From an uncultured Candidatus Poseidoniales archaeon (GTDB taxonomy: Archaea > Thermoplasmatota > Poseidoniia > Poseidoniales > Thalassarchaeaceae), in contig CAXGWC010000001.1 in the NCBI GenBank assembly GCA_964013425.1, positions 51,201-115,200 of the forward strand: a DNA stretch of 64,000 nucleotides. The letters are read 5' to 3'. Position numbers and translations under genes: made by a program. The notes beneath the pieces were generated by a model. The model saw nothing but the letters and a program-made list of their open reading frames with translations. It was not told where the DNA came from and did no database searches. This document shows positions 10,164 through 18,441 of the stretch, one piece after another; the first letter of the stretch is position 1, and every line of letters begins with the position of its first letter.

Positions 10164-10913
10164 TCATATTCCCGAAGAGACCTTCATCCTTTGATACCAT
10201 GGCCAAACTTCAGAATGCCCCTCGACGATATCAAAGCCATATAATCCCTCCATTGATCTCAAAATTCCAAAGTTCGCGAAGTCAGCCCCATTGGGTTTTT
10301 CTCCGCCAAAATAATCGCTCTTAATGCCACTAGACATGTGATCTAATTGAAACTTTAGGTTTTCTCTAGGAGGTAGTTCGAACATCTTTGCTCTGGACTT
10401 TCCTACCATCCTCATAATGATTCCACCTACCCATTTATTTACCAACCTAGTTCCAAATGAGAAGTTGTCAATTTTAGTGACATAATCTAAGGCTTGTACG
10501 GAGGTTCTGTATGACTTGTATATGACGGCAACAATCGACTTTCCGAGAATTAAATTAGAGAAATCCATCCATTCATCCTGTTCAGGATCTTCTCCCGCAC
10601 GGGGGAAACTGCTGGAATCCTTGCTGTCAATGTAGTGCAAGATATAATTGGAATCGTTAACTTGCGTTCCATCGATATCAACAAAGACAGGTACAGCGCT
10701 CCATTCTGACCATTTCAACTGTGTCTTGAAAGTAGGATCAACTTCCACCTTTGAGTACTCTATTCCCCTGCTACCTAGCAATGCTTTGACCTTGAAGCAG
10801 AATGGACAAGTCTCAAAGCAGTACATTGTAGGAAGACCGTCTACGACCCTTTCAGGGACTTTTGTATCTTGCTCGCCCGAAGTAGCTGAGTTCTCATCCT
10901 TTTTATTTGCCAT
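10164..10913 (-). CDS. Glutaredoxin/GST-fold protein, prostaglandin-E-synthase-2-like (CPFC)
   Basis: Thioredoxin-fold N-terminus MYCFETCPFCFKVKALLGSRGIEY with a CPFC motif, followed by a GST-C-like helical region. Confidence 0.55.
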   Translation of the reverse strand: MANKKDENSATSGEQDTKVPERVVDGLPTMYCFETCPFCFKVKALLGSRGIEYSKVEVDPTFKTQLKWSEWSAVPVFVDIDGTQVNDSNYILHYIDSKDSSSFPRAGEDPEQDEWMDFSNLILGKSIVAVIYKSYRTSVQALDYVTKIDNFSFGTRLVNKWVGGIIMRMVGKSRAKMFELPPRENLKFQLDHMSSGIKSDYFGGEKPNGADFANFGILRSMEGLYGFDIVEGHSEVWPWYQRMKVSSGI

Positions 10914-10942
10914 ATATTTCGTACCACCTTTGAGTTTGTAGT

Positions 10943-11311
10943 TTATTTTGCTAGCCCCATAGAAGACATCAATGTACTCTCGAATGAGCTAACTGACTTA
11001 TTGCATCCTTCCAGACTTTCCGCGTCGACGAGTATCTTCATTTCACCCAACTCCTCCCCAACTACACAAGGAGTCTTGCCAGCCGTAAAATCAGCGAGCA
11101 CCTGAGTTTGTTCATTCAAATGCAGAAGCTCGAAATCTACATCCAGGCTATTGGTGAAATTTTTCCAGTCTCTCTTCATAGAGATTCCCTTGTGTGTAAT
11201 GTCACAGAGTGAACAATGTGCCGTTCCAGTAATCTTTCCCCAGAGGTATGAGAGCTCCCCGATGATTCCTCCATCCGCATGATAAATTCCGTAAATTTTC
11301 TCAATTTTCAT
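10943..11311 (-). CDS. Hypothetical CxxC protein
   Basis: Clean 122-aa ORF 30 nt downstream of the start of the Grx/GST-like gene, on the same strand. Motif GTAHCSLCDITHKG. No family recognised. Confidence 0.45.
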   Translation of the reverse strand: MKIEKIYGIYHADGGIIGELSYLWGKITGTAHCSLCDITHKGISMKRDWKNFTNSLDVDFELLHLNEQTQVLADFTAGKTPCVVGEELGEMKILVDAESLEGCNKSVSSFESTLMSSMGLAK

Positions 11312-11497
11312 TATCTCACCGTTTGGGGCATTGTGTTGTCATATGACGAGTAAAAATAACTCCTAACACACGATTACTCATATCGGTTCGTGCCAGACTG
11401 GGTAAGTAGATAATATGGAGTTCTCCACCGTAGCAGAAATATCATTATATCACAATCAATTTTCTCATTCACACCTAATCTTGAAGGTGCTTCCAGC

Positions 11498-13252
11498 GTG
11501 TCACCATATGTGGACGTCCCTTCAGAATTGAACTCAATGCTCATTGGCCAGCACGGCCCCACCAAGCAGAAGGCAGCTAGGTTGGTTGTGGATTTGGCTT
11601 CAACAGCTGGGGCCAGTGAATTCGTCAGAGTAAGTAATGCACATGTCTCGGGAGTCAGCGTGATCACTGGCGGACATGGACTCAGGAGATTCTTAGCAGA
11701 TTTATCTGGGGATCCTTTGGGAAAGGTAGCCATACCAACAACTCTGAATTCTGCAGGTTGCGATCATGAGAAGATGGAGGAGATGGGTATAGACTATCCA
11801 GATTTCCTAGAGCAACAATTCGAAATCATACACTCATATTCAGAACTCGGAATAGAAGCTACCCTTTCATGCACCCCCTATGACAGGGGAATAGAAGATT
11901 TGGATGGAATCGGCTCATGGGCTGAATCAAATGCTGTTTGCTTCTCAAATTCCTACACTTCACTGGTGACAAATAGGGAATCCGGTCTTTCCGCCTTGGC
12001 GACAGCCCTGACTGGCTGGGCTCCCAAATGGGGCTTGCATATGGATGAGAATAGAGTCCCGAACATATTCGTTAAAGTAGAATGTGAAATGGAAGATATA
12101 ACCGACTGGAGTATACTAGGTGATTGGATAGGAAAACAAATCAAACCCGAATGGAATCTTCCCTGGGGCCCGATGCCAAGGATTAGTGGACTTCCCAATG
12201 CAACATTTGAGATGAAAAAAGCATTAACTGCGGCGGCGGCAAATTATGGATGTCCAATGTTATGGGCCGACGGGCTAACCCCTGACCCGCCAACGGTTCA
12301 ATCGTATGAAGGAATATTGAACTTCAAAGAATCAGATTTGTCTGAAAGATATCGTGATTTATCTCCTAAGGGAAAGGTGGATTTGGTAGTCATCGGATGT
12401 CCCCAAGCCAGTATTGGAGAAGCCAGGGCAACCGCCGCGTTCATGCGTTCGAGAATGGAATTAGGTGAGAAAATACCAGATCATAGACTCTGGGTCTTCA
12501 TGAGCTCTCATAATTACGATTTGATAGAGGCGGATGGGACGCTGGATATCCTAGAGGAGGGAGGGGCATTGGTTCTGAGGGACACTTGTCCCGAAGTGAC
12601 CCCTTACAACCGTTCTCGGTACAATCACTTGCTAACCAACTCGCTAAAGGCAGAGCATTATCTGACTAGCGGACTGAACAAGATGCCCACAAGCGTGGCT
12701 AAAATCGGAGACTGTGTGTCCCATGCGTTCGACCCTTCACTGGTCACTGGTGAAAGGCCCACACTCTCCTCAGGAAAAGTCAAAAAGCCCGAATCTTCGA
12801 AATATTTTGCTAAGGGAGATTTTTCTACTGAAGGTCTCGGAATACCCAGTCAGGATGAATGGTCGATCACAGGAAAGGCTCTCGTTACGGACGTACCAAT
12901 TACATATTTGGGATACGTGAATAGAGATACAGGAGTAATAGAAGAGCCAGGACACCCTCTTGATGGTATAAAAATCGCAGATAAGGTTCTGATATACCCC
13001 AAGGGATCAGGTTCTACTGTTGCCCCATTCGTCTTAATGGGGCTAATTTACACAGGAATGGGCCCATTGGCAATAATCAATCGAGATGTGTGCCCCCTGA
13101 CTCTACCGGCCGCGTCCCTTCTTGGGACTCCATATGCACATAGTTTTGGGAATGATCCAATTCAGGAAATCAATAACGGGGATGAAGTTAGAATGGAACT
13201 GATGAATGGAAAAGTCAGCATGTATGTGGTGTCCAGATTTAGCGAGGGTTGA
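11498..13252 (+). CDS. Aconitase X (AcnX) family dehydratase, fused large (DUF521) + small (DUF126) domains
   Basis: GTG start preceded by GAAGGTG. The N-terminal ~400 aa have AcnX catalytic-domain character (VSNAHVSGVS..GGHG; GCPQASIGE). The C-terminal ~130 aa resemble the swivel subunit (GKALVTDVPITYLGYVN..GKVLIYPKGSGSTVAPFVL). Confidence 0.65.
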   Translation: MSPYVDVPSELNSMLIGQHGPTKQKAARLVVDLASTAGASEFVRVSNAHVSGVSVITGGHGLRRFLADLSGDPLGKVAIPTTLNSAGCDHEKMEEMGIDYPDFLEQQFEIIHSYSELGIEATLSCTPYDRGIEDLDGIGSWAESNAVCFSNSYTSLVTNRESGLSALATALTGWAPKWGLHMDENRVPNIFVKVECEMEDITDWSILGDWIGKQIKPEWNLPWGPMPRISGLPNATFEMKKALTAAAANYGCPMLWADGLTPDPPTVQSYEGILNFKESDLSERYRDLSPKGKVDLVVIGCPQASIGEARATAAFMRSRMELGEKIPDHRLWVFMSSHNYDLIEADGTLDILEEGGALVLRDTCPEVTPYNRSRYNHLLTNSLKAEHYLTSGLNKMPTSVAKIGDCVSHAFDPSLVTGERPTLSSGKVKKPESSKYFAKGDFSTEGLGIPSQDEWSITGKALVTDVPITYLGYVNRDTGVIEEPGHPLDGIKIADKVLIYPKGSGSTVAPFVLMGLIYTGMGPLAIINRDVCPLTLPAASLLGTPYAHSFGNDPIQEINNGDEVRMELMNGKVSMYVVSRFSEG

Positions 13253-13276
13253 TGACGCAAACTCATACCGACGACC

Positions 13277-15406
13277 ATGGACTTGAACCGTGAACCGAAA
13301 TCCTGCCGACCCCAAGACTGGGGTAAGTTCGAGATAACCAATAGGGATGGCGCTGCCAGAATTGGGAAATTCCATACTCGTCATGGAGTGGTAACCACTC
13401 CAATGTTACTTCCCGTAGTTAATCCAAATTTACGGACCATAGAACCGAGGGAAATGTGGGACAAGTACGGTATCGAAGCTCTGATAACAAATTCCTATGT
13501 GATTTGGAAGCATGAGAAGCTTAGCGTTATCGCTAAATCGGATGGAATTCACAAACTATTGAATTTTCCCGGAGCAATAGTAACCGACTCGGGAACCTTT
13601 CAGTCGTATGTCTACGGGGATGTTGAGGTTTCACCTGAAGATATTGTTTCATTCCAAAGAGAAATCGGAGTTGATGTGGGAACTATGTTGGATGTTTTTG
13701 GAAGACCAGATATGAGTAGGGATCAAATTCAACATGCAGTAGATGAGACCTTCGAAAGGGCGAATATATCCCTGTTGGAAGCAAGAGAGGATATCTTACT
13801 CAATGGACCAATCCAAGGAGGACTGTATCACGATCTGAGAGCTAAATCTGCGAGTTTAATGAGTCAAGTACAAGATTCAGGGAAGACATTTGCAGTCCAT
13901 CCAATAGGCGGTATTGTTCCCCTGATGGAACAACAGAGATATCTAGAGTTATTCGGAATTATATTGGCCGCAAGATCGCAAATACCTCCCGATAAGCCAA
14001 TACACATGTTTGGTTGCGGACACCCACTTCTTTTTCCACTATCTGTGGCCCTGGGGGTTGATTTCTTCGATAGTGCCGCGTATGCACTATTCGCTCGTGA
14101 CGATAGAATACTCACTCCCGAGGGAACGGTAAAGATACAAGGTTTGAATGAGTGGCCAGTAACATCCACTGCGCTCTTTGGAAAGACTCCAAAAATGGTT
14201 CTGGAGATGTCCAAAGAGAGAAGATCAGAGATTCTGGCACATCATAATCTAGAGGTTACTCAGGCCGAACTAGCTAGGTGTAGGGAGGCGATCAGGGATG
14301 GGAGTATTTGGAAACTAGCAGAGGTAAGAAGTCATGCCTCCCCTAGGCTCAGGGAGGCTTTCGAATGGGTTTTGGACCAACTCGAAGAGCTGGATGATTC
14401 AGAAGTCGGCTCAACACTTCTGGAGCTCATGGCTTCTACAAATCCCATTAGGAAAGGAGGGGAGCCATTTTCTGAGGATATAGGTTTCAGACCACACATA
14501 CTCCATCTTCTAGCCTTGATCTCACTGAGGTGGCGTCTACCTGGGTCTTGGTGGGATGGTAGCTCTGGACCTCCGGAAAGAGTCCTGATAATCCATAATT
14601 CTCCACCTCCATGGAGAGAAAGCGCTCTTGGCTCTGTAGTTGATAATCTAATCGAGAATCCCAAAACAGTAGTCTTGGTGGCTACGCCCTTGGGGCCGAT
14701 CCCCTATTCCTTCGAAGACGTCTCTCCTTTCTGTCACTTAGATGGCCCTGACTCTATTTGGTCTGTTGAATTTGATAAGAGCAATTCCTATGGAGACGTT
14801 TCATATCTTGGGCTAGAGAAAATTCCAATCATAACCTCATCACCAAAGATTTTAGAAGAATCCTCTGAAAAAATTAGTAAGATAAGAACATGGCTAGACA
14901 GGTGTTCTATTGTCGACAAAGTATCAGTTTTCTGTGGAGTTCACCCAAAGAAACTCTGCGAAGTTTCGGAGACAATGGAAGCAAGAAGATCCAATACTGA
15001 TAGGATGGTGAATGTTAGTTTCAATGGGCAACACGTATTATCTCCAAGATTGAAGGATGGTGGTATCTCCCTGACTTCAGAAGGGGCAAGGGTTCTGTAT
15101 TCACTAAACCCAGGTATCCCAGATTTATTTGAGGAAGAAAACTCTTCTGATGAGGAAGACTATCCTGGCATACCAAGGGTGATGATTTCCGAAGACGCGA
15201 TACCATTCGTAGGAGATGGACGTAACGTAATGCATGGCTACATAATTGGCGCCGACCCACACACCACTCCCGGACAACCATGTGTGGTAGTCTCCCAAGA
15301 AGGGAATTTGATAGCTCATGGAGTACCCACTTCAACAACACTGGAGATGGCTACATTCAAGAAGGGAATCGCGGTTAAAGTTAGAGATGGGTGCCTAAAA
15401 GAGTGA
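13277..15406 (+). CDS. tgtA: Archaeosine tRNA-guanine transglycosylase (ArcTGT) with C-terminal PUA-type region
   Basis: FEITNRDGAARIGKFHTRHGVVTTPMLLPVVNP, IVTDSGTFQS, GVDFFDSAAYALFARDDRILTPEG and LAHHNLEV blocks. The C-terminal GADPHTTPGQPCVVVSQEGNLIAHG is PUA-like. 709 aa, which is longer than usual. Confidence 0.85.
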   Translation: MDLNREPKSCRPQDWGKFEITNRDGAARIGKFHTRHGVVTTPMLLPVVNPNLRTIEPREMWDKYGIEALITNSYVIWKHEKLSVIAKSDGIHKLLNFPGAIVTDSGTFQSYVYGDVEVSPEDIVSFQREIGVDVGTMLDVFGRPDMSRDQIQHAVDETFERANISLLEAREDILLNGPIQGGLYHDLRAKSASLMSQVQDSGKTFAVHPIGGIVPLMEQQRYLELFGIILAARSQIPPDKPIHMFGCGHPLLFPLSVALGVDFFDSAAYALFARDDRILTPEGTVKIQGLNEWPVTSTALFGKTPKMVLEMSKERRSEILAHHNLEVTQAELARCREAIRDGSIWKLAEVRSHASPRLREAFEWVLDQLEELDDSEVGSTLLELMASTNPIRKGGEPFSEDIGFRPHILHLLALISLRWRLPGSWWDGSSGPPERVLIIHNSPPPWRESALGSVVDNLIENPKTVVLVATPLGPIPYSFEDVSPFCHLDGPDSIWSVEFDKSNSYGDVSYLGLEKIPIITSSPKILEESSEKISKIRTWLDRCSIVDKVSVFCGVHPKKLCEVSETMEARRSNTDRMVNVSFNGQHVLSPRLKDGGISLTSEGARVLYSLNPGIPDLFEEENSSDEEDYPGIPRVMISEDAIPFVGDGRNVMHGYIIGADPHTTPGQPCVVVSQEGNLIAHGVPTSTTLEMATFKKGIAVKVRDGCLKE

Positions 15407-15506
15407 GCCATACAATCAACTATCACCGATTGGTATTTTCGGGGATTAATTCAAGTGGTGCCTTCTCGAGGACCTGTTGACTCCCTACGGGAGTCGGGTG
15501 CTATAC

Positions 15507-16499
15507 ATGGTCTCTGATTTAGTCGATGAGATGCTGATAACGGCACGCTCAATCAAGAAAATGTATGGTCCACACTTAGCTCTGGATGATATCAGTCTGG
15601 ATATCCCACATGGTGCTATTGGTATTCTGGGTCCAAATGGAGCGGGCAAATCGACATTTTTCAAATGTCTACTAGGACTCATAAAGACAACCTCTGGCTC
15701 TGGAAGGGTATTGGGGTACGACATAAGGACTGAAGGAGAATTGATACGTTCAAAGATTGGATATATGCCCGAATATGACTCCCTTGACCCGGGTCTTACT
15801 GCGATTGACCAAGTTAGGTATTCTGGTGAGTTGTTGGGGATGAATCCTGATGCTGCTACCCAGAGAGCGCATGAAGTACTGCAATACGTAGGGCTGAAGG
15901 ATCAGAGATACAGAAAAATCGAGACCTTTAGTACGGGTATGAAGCAAGCTGCTAAATTAGCCTGCGCACTAATACATGATCCGGAGATTCTGATTTGCGA
16001 TGAGCCAACTAATGGATTAGATCAGAGGGCTAGGGAATTCATGCTACAGACTCTAAGAAAAACCGTAATGGAAGGTGGAAGATCGGTACTTATGAGTAGT
16101 CATGTAATGGACGACGTGGAAACTGTATGTGATAGGATTGTGATGATTCACAAAGGCAAGATAGTCGTTCACAGGAGTATAGACGACATGGTCAAACAGG
16201 TGGAGAAGGAAATAGAAATCTCAGTCTGGGGAGGGGCATCTCTGATGGAAACTGAACTGTCCTCAAGAGGTCTTTCTGTCAGGAGGATGGGAAGAAATAT
16301 GAGGGTCACCAAGATAGATGATGATACATATACCGAGATTCTGTCGTCAGCGGCCGAAGCAGGAGTTCAAGTCAGGAAGATGACAGAGTACGAGCCAGAT
16401 TTAGAGGATATTTTTCTCCTCATAATGGATAAGCTAGGAGAAGAAGTTAGGGAAACAGGAGATTTGATGACTTCCGACCACACGGGTGAGGTGCTATGA
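15507..16499 (+). CDS. ABC transporter ATP-binding protein (pair 1)
   Basis: Walker A GPNGAGKST, signature FSTGMKQ and Walker B ILICDEPTNGLD. The stop overlaps the next start (ATGA). The start is ATG 15507 or 15531; the ORF opens at 15477. Confidence 0.85.
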   Translation: MVSDLVDEMLITARSIKKMYGPHLALDDISLDIPHGAIGILGPNGAGKSTFFKCLLGLIKTTSGSGRVLGYDIRTEGELIRSKIGYMPEYDSLDPGLTAIDQVRYSGELLGMNPDAATQRAHEVLQYVGLKDQRYRKIETFSTGMKQAAKLACALIHDPEILICDEPTNGLDQRAREFMLQTLRKTVMEGGRSVLMSSHVMDDVETVCDRIVMIHKGKIVVHRSIDDMVKQVEKEIEISVWGGASLMETELSSRGLSVRRMGRNMRVTKIDDDTYTEILSSAAEAGVQVRKMTEYEPDLEDIFLLIMDKLGEEVRETGDLMTSDHTGEVL

Positions 16500-17509
16500 C
16501 TTCAGAGCTTGATATCTCTGGTGGCACAACCAGGATGGAATCAGCATTTGGATCCGGAGATGGAGATGATGAGGCAAAGGCCTCAGTAGCACGGAAAGCC
16601 GAAGTTAAAGGCTCGATATATGAACAGACATATCGTCCATGGAGAGGCTCACTAGGGCCTAGGTGGGTAAGGAACTATGCGATTTTTCGACACCATGTCT
16701 ATGGTCTATTTTCAAGCAAAGGACACAGGTACTATCACCCTGTCGTCAGACTTACCATCCTCATAGTATTCCTATTCTCCCTTTCCCCAGTAGCAATGCT
16801 ATTTTTGGCATCATTGGGTGGGCAAGGAGGTTTCGGGGAGATACTGTCCAGAATGTGGGGTATAAACAGGTATAACTTGTGGGGACAAGTACTCGGATTC
16901 TTCCCGCGGAATCTTTGCATGTGGCCTCTCCTTACCGCACTTGTTGTGGGAGGTATGATTTCAGATGACCGTAGAAACGGAACGAGTGCTATATACTTCT
17001 CAAGACCAGTCAATAGGATAGATTACACAGCTATGAAGTATCTTAGTAGCGCAGTCGTACTTGGGTTCGTGATAGTTTTCTCCTACATGGTATACTACAC
17101 CAGTGCAATAGTCCTGAACGGAGAGGGCTGGGCATTTCTGATCGATACCTTCCCAATCTTCATGGGGGGGCTCTTAGCGGGAATTCTTTTGGTTCTAACT
17201 TACACTTCTATCGGCCTTGCGCTTTCCAGTATCAGTCAAAGTAGATTCTTCGCCGCAGTAGCCTTCTTGGCTGTTATCTACGGTACGAAAATGGTCGCAT
17301 TCCTAATAGAGTCTACCTTCGAATCATCGATTCTCTATCTGCTGAGCCCTTATGATGGTCTGGCCCATATAGGGCAGTGGCTAGTTGGAATAGAGTCTAA
17401 TTATGACTATCCTCTTGCTTTTTCAATTGTCTCAATATTACTCATCAATTCCTTATCATTAGCTTTACTCACGAGCAGGGTTAGTTCTCTGGAGGTGACC
17501 AGAGAGTGA
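16496..17509 (+). CDS. ABC-2 type permease (pair 1)
   Basis: Six predicted hydrophobic helices after an acidic N-terminus. Translationally coupled on both sides (ATGA at 16496, GTGA at 17506). Confidence 0.7.
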   Translation: MTSELDISGGTTRMESAFGSGDGDDEAKASVARKAEVKGSIYEQTYRPWRGSLGPRWVRNYAIFRHHVYGLFSSKGHRYYHPVVRLTILIVFLFSLSPVAMLFLASLGGQGGFGEILSRMWGINRYNLWGQVLGFFPRNLCMWPLLTALVVGGMISDDRRNGTSAIYFSRPVNRIDYTAMKYLSSAVVLGFVIVFSYMVYYTSAIVLNGEGWAFLIDTFPIFMGGLLAGILLVLTYTSIGLALSSISQSRFFAAVAFLAVIYGTKMVAFLIESTFESSILYLLSPYDGLAHIGQWLVGIESNYDYPLAFSIVSILLINSLSLALLTSRVSSLEVTRE

Positions 17510-18441
17510 ATGCAAAGGCTCCGGCTGTGATGATCGAATCTGCTTCTAAGTGGTACGGTGAAGTGATAGGCCTCAATGATGTTTCTCTAGCAATAGATGG
17601 CGGAGTTACAGGTGTTTTAGGCCCCAATGGAGCTGGTAAATCAACACTATTCAAACTACTTCTTGGTAGACTCAAGCCAAGCCAAGGTACAGTGAGATTG
17701 TTCGGTACCGATCCTTGGGAGAGCACGTCTCCTTTCAGAAGAGTGGGTTATGTTAGCGAAACTGAGCCATTGTATGAGTGGATGACTGGATTGGATTTCC
17801 TAATGACAATGGCAAGACTACATGGAATGACCAGGGACGAGGCCAGAGAAAGGGCCGAGCATGTCTTGGAGTTCGTTGGCCTGAGTGATGTTCGTTACAA
17901 AGAAGTTGGCAAGTATAGTAAGGGCATGAGGCAGAGAGTGAAGATTGCCCATGCACTTGTTCACGATCCGGATCTGATAATTCTTGATGAGCCCTTACAC
18001 GGTTGTGACCCTCTCGCCAGAACTAGTATCATGAGCGTTATCAGGGAGCTGGGAAATCGCGGAAAAACTGTAATTGTTTCCAGCCACATACTTGAAGAAA
18101 TCGAGAGAATTACAGAGCAGATTGTGATTCTCCATAACGGTAGACTACTCGCTCTTGGTAATTTACATGCCATTAGGGGCCTTCTCGATAAACACCCTCA
18201 TAGAATTCTACTTGAAACGGAATCTCCTAGAGATTTAGCCAAGGAATTAATTACCAGAAAGCCGATCTACGGTGTTAGGTTCCCAGAGGACGGTTTTTTG
18301 GAAATTCAGACAGGAGACCTTTCCGCCGCACATGAAATTCTTCCCAGCGCAATAATTGAATCTGGAATTAGGGTCACTGCAGTTGAGAATCCCGATGACA
18401 ACTTAGAATCACTACTCGGGTATCTCGTAGGGGGTGAGTGA
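17506..18441 (+). CDS. ABC transporter ATP-binding protein (pair 2)
   Basis: GTG start after GGAGGTGA. Walker A GPNGAGKST, signature YSKGMRQ and Walker B LIILDEPLHGCD. Confidence 0.85.
   Translation: MNAKAPAVMIESASKWYGEVIGLNDVSLAIDGGVTGVLGPNGAGKSTLFKLLLGRLKPSQGTVRLFGTDPWESTSPFRRVGYVSETEPLYEWMTGLDFLMTMARLHGMTRDEARERAEHVLEFVGLSDVRYKEVGKYSKGMRQRVKIAHALVHDPDLIILDEPLHGCDPLARTSIMSVIRELGNRGKTVIVSSHILEEIERITEQIVILHNGRLLALGNLHAIRGLLDKHPHRILLETESPRDLAKELITRKPIYGVRFPEDGFLEIQTGDLSAAHEILPSAIIESGIRVTAVENPDDNLESLLGYLVGGE

Noticed and set aside
11341-11383. An imperfect inverted repeat ATATGACGAGTAA ... TTACTCATAT in the divergent promoter between the CxxC gene and AcnX. Also short 5-6 bp palindromes in the suf/nfu gap (60569-60581) and the peptidase/cyclase gap (52240-52257).
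   Set aside because: The arms are short or interrupted and are statistically unremarkable in AT-rich promoters. They are not repeated elsewhere in the window.
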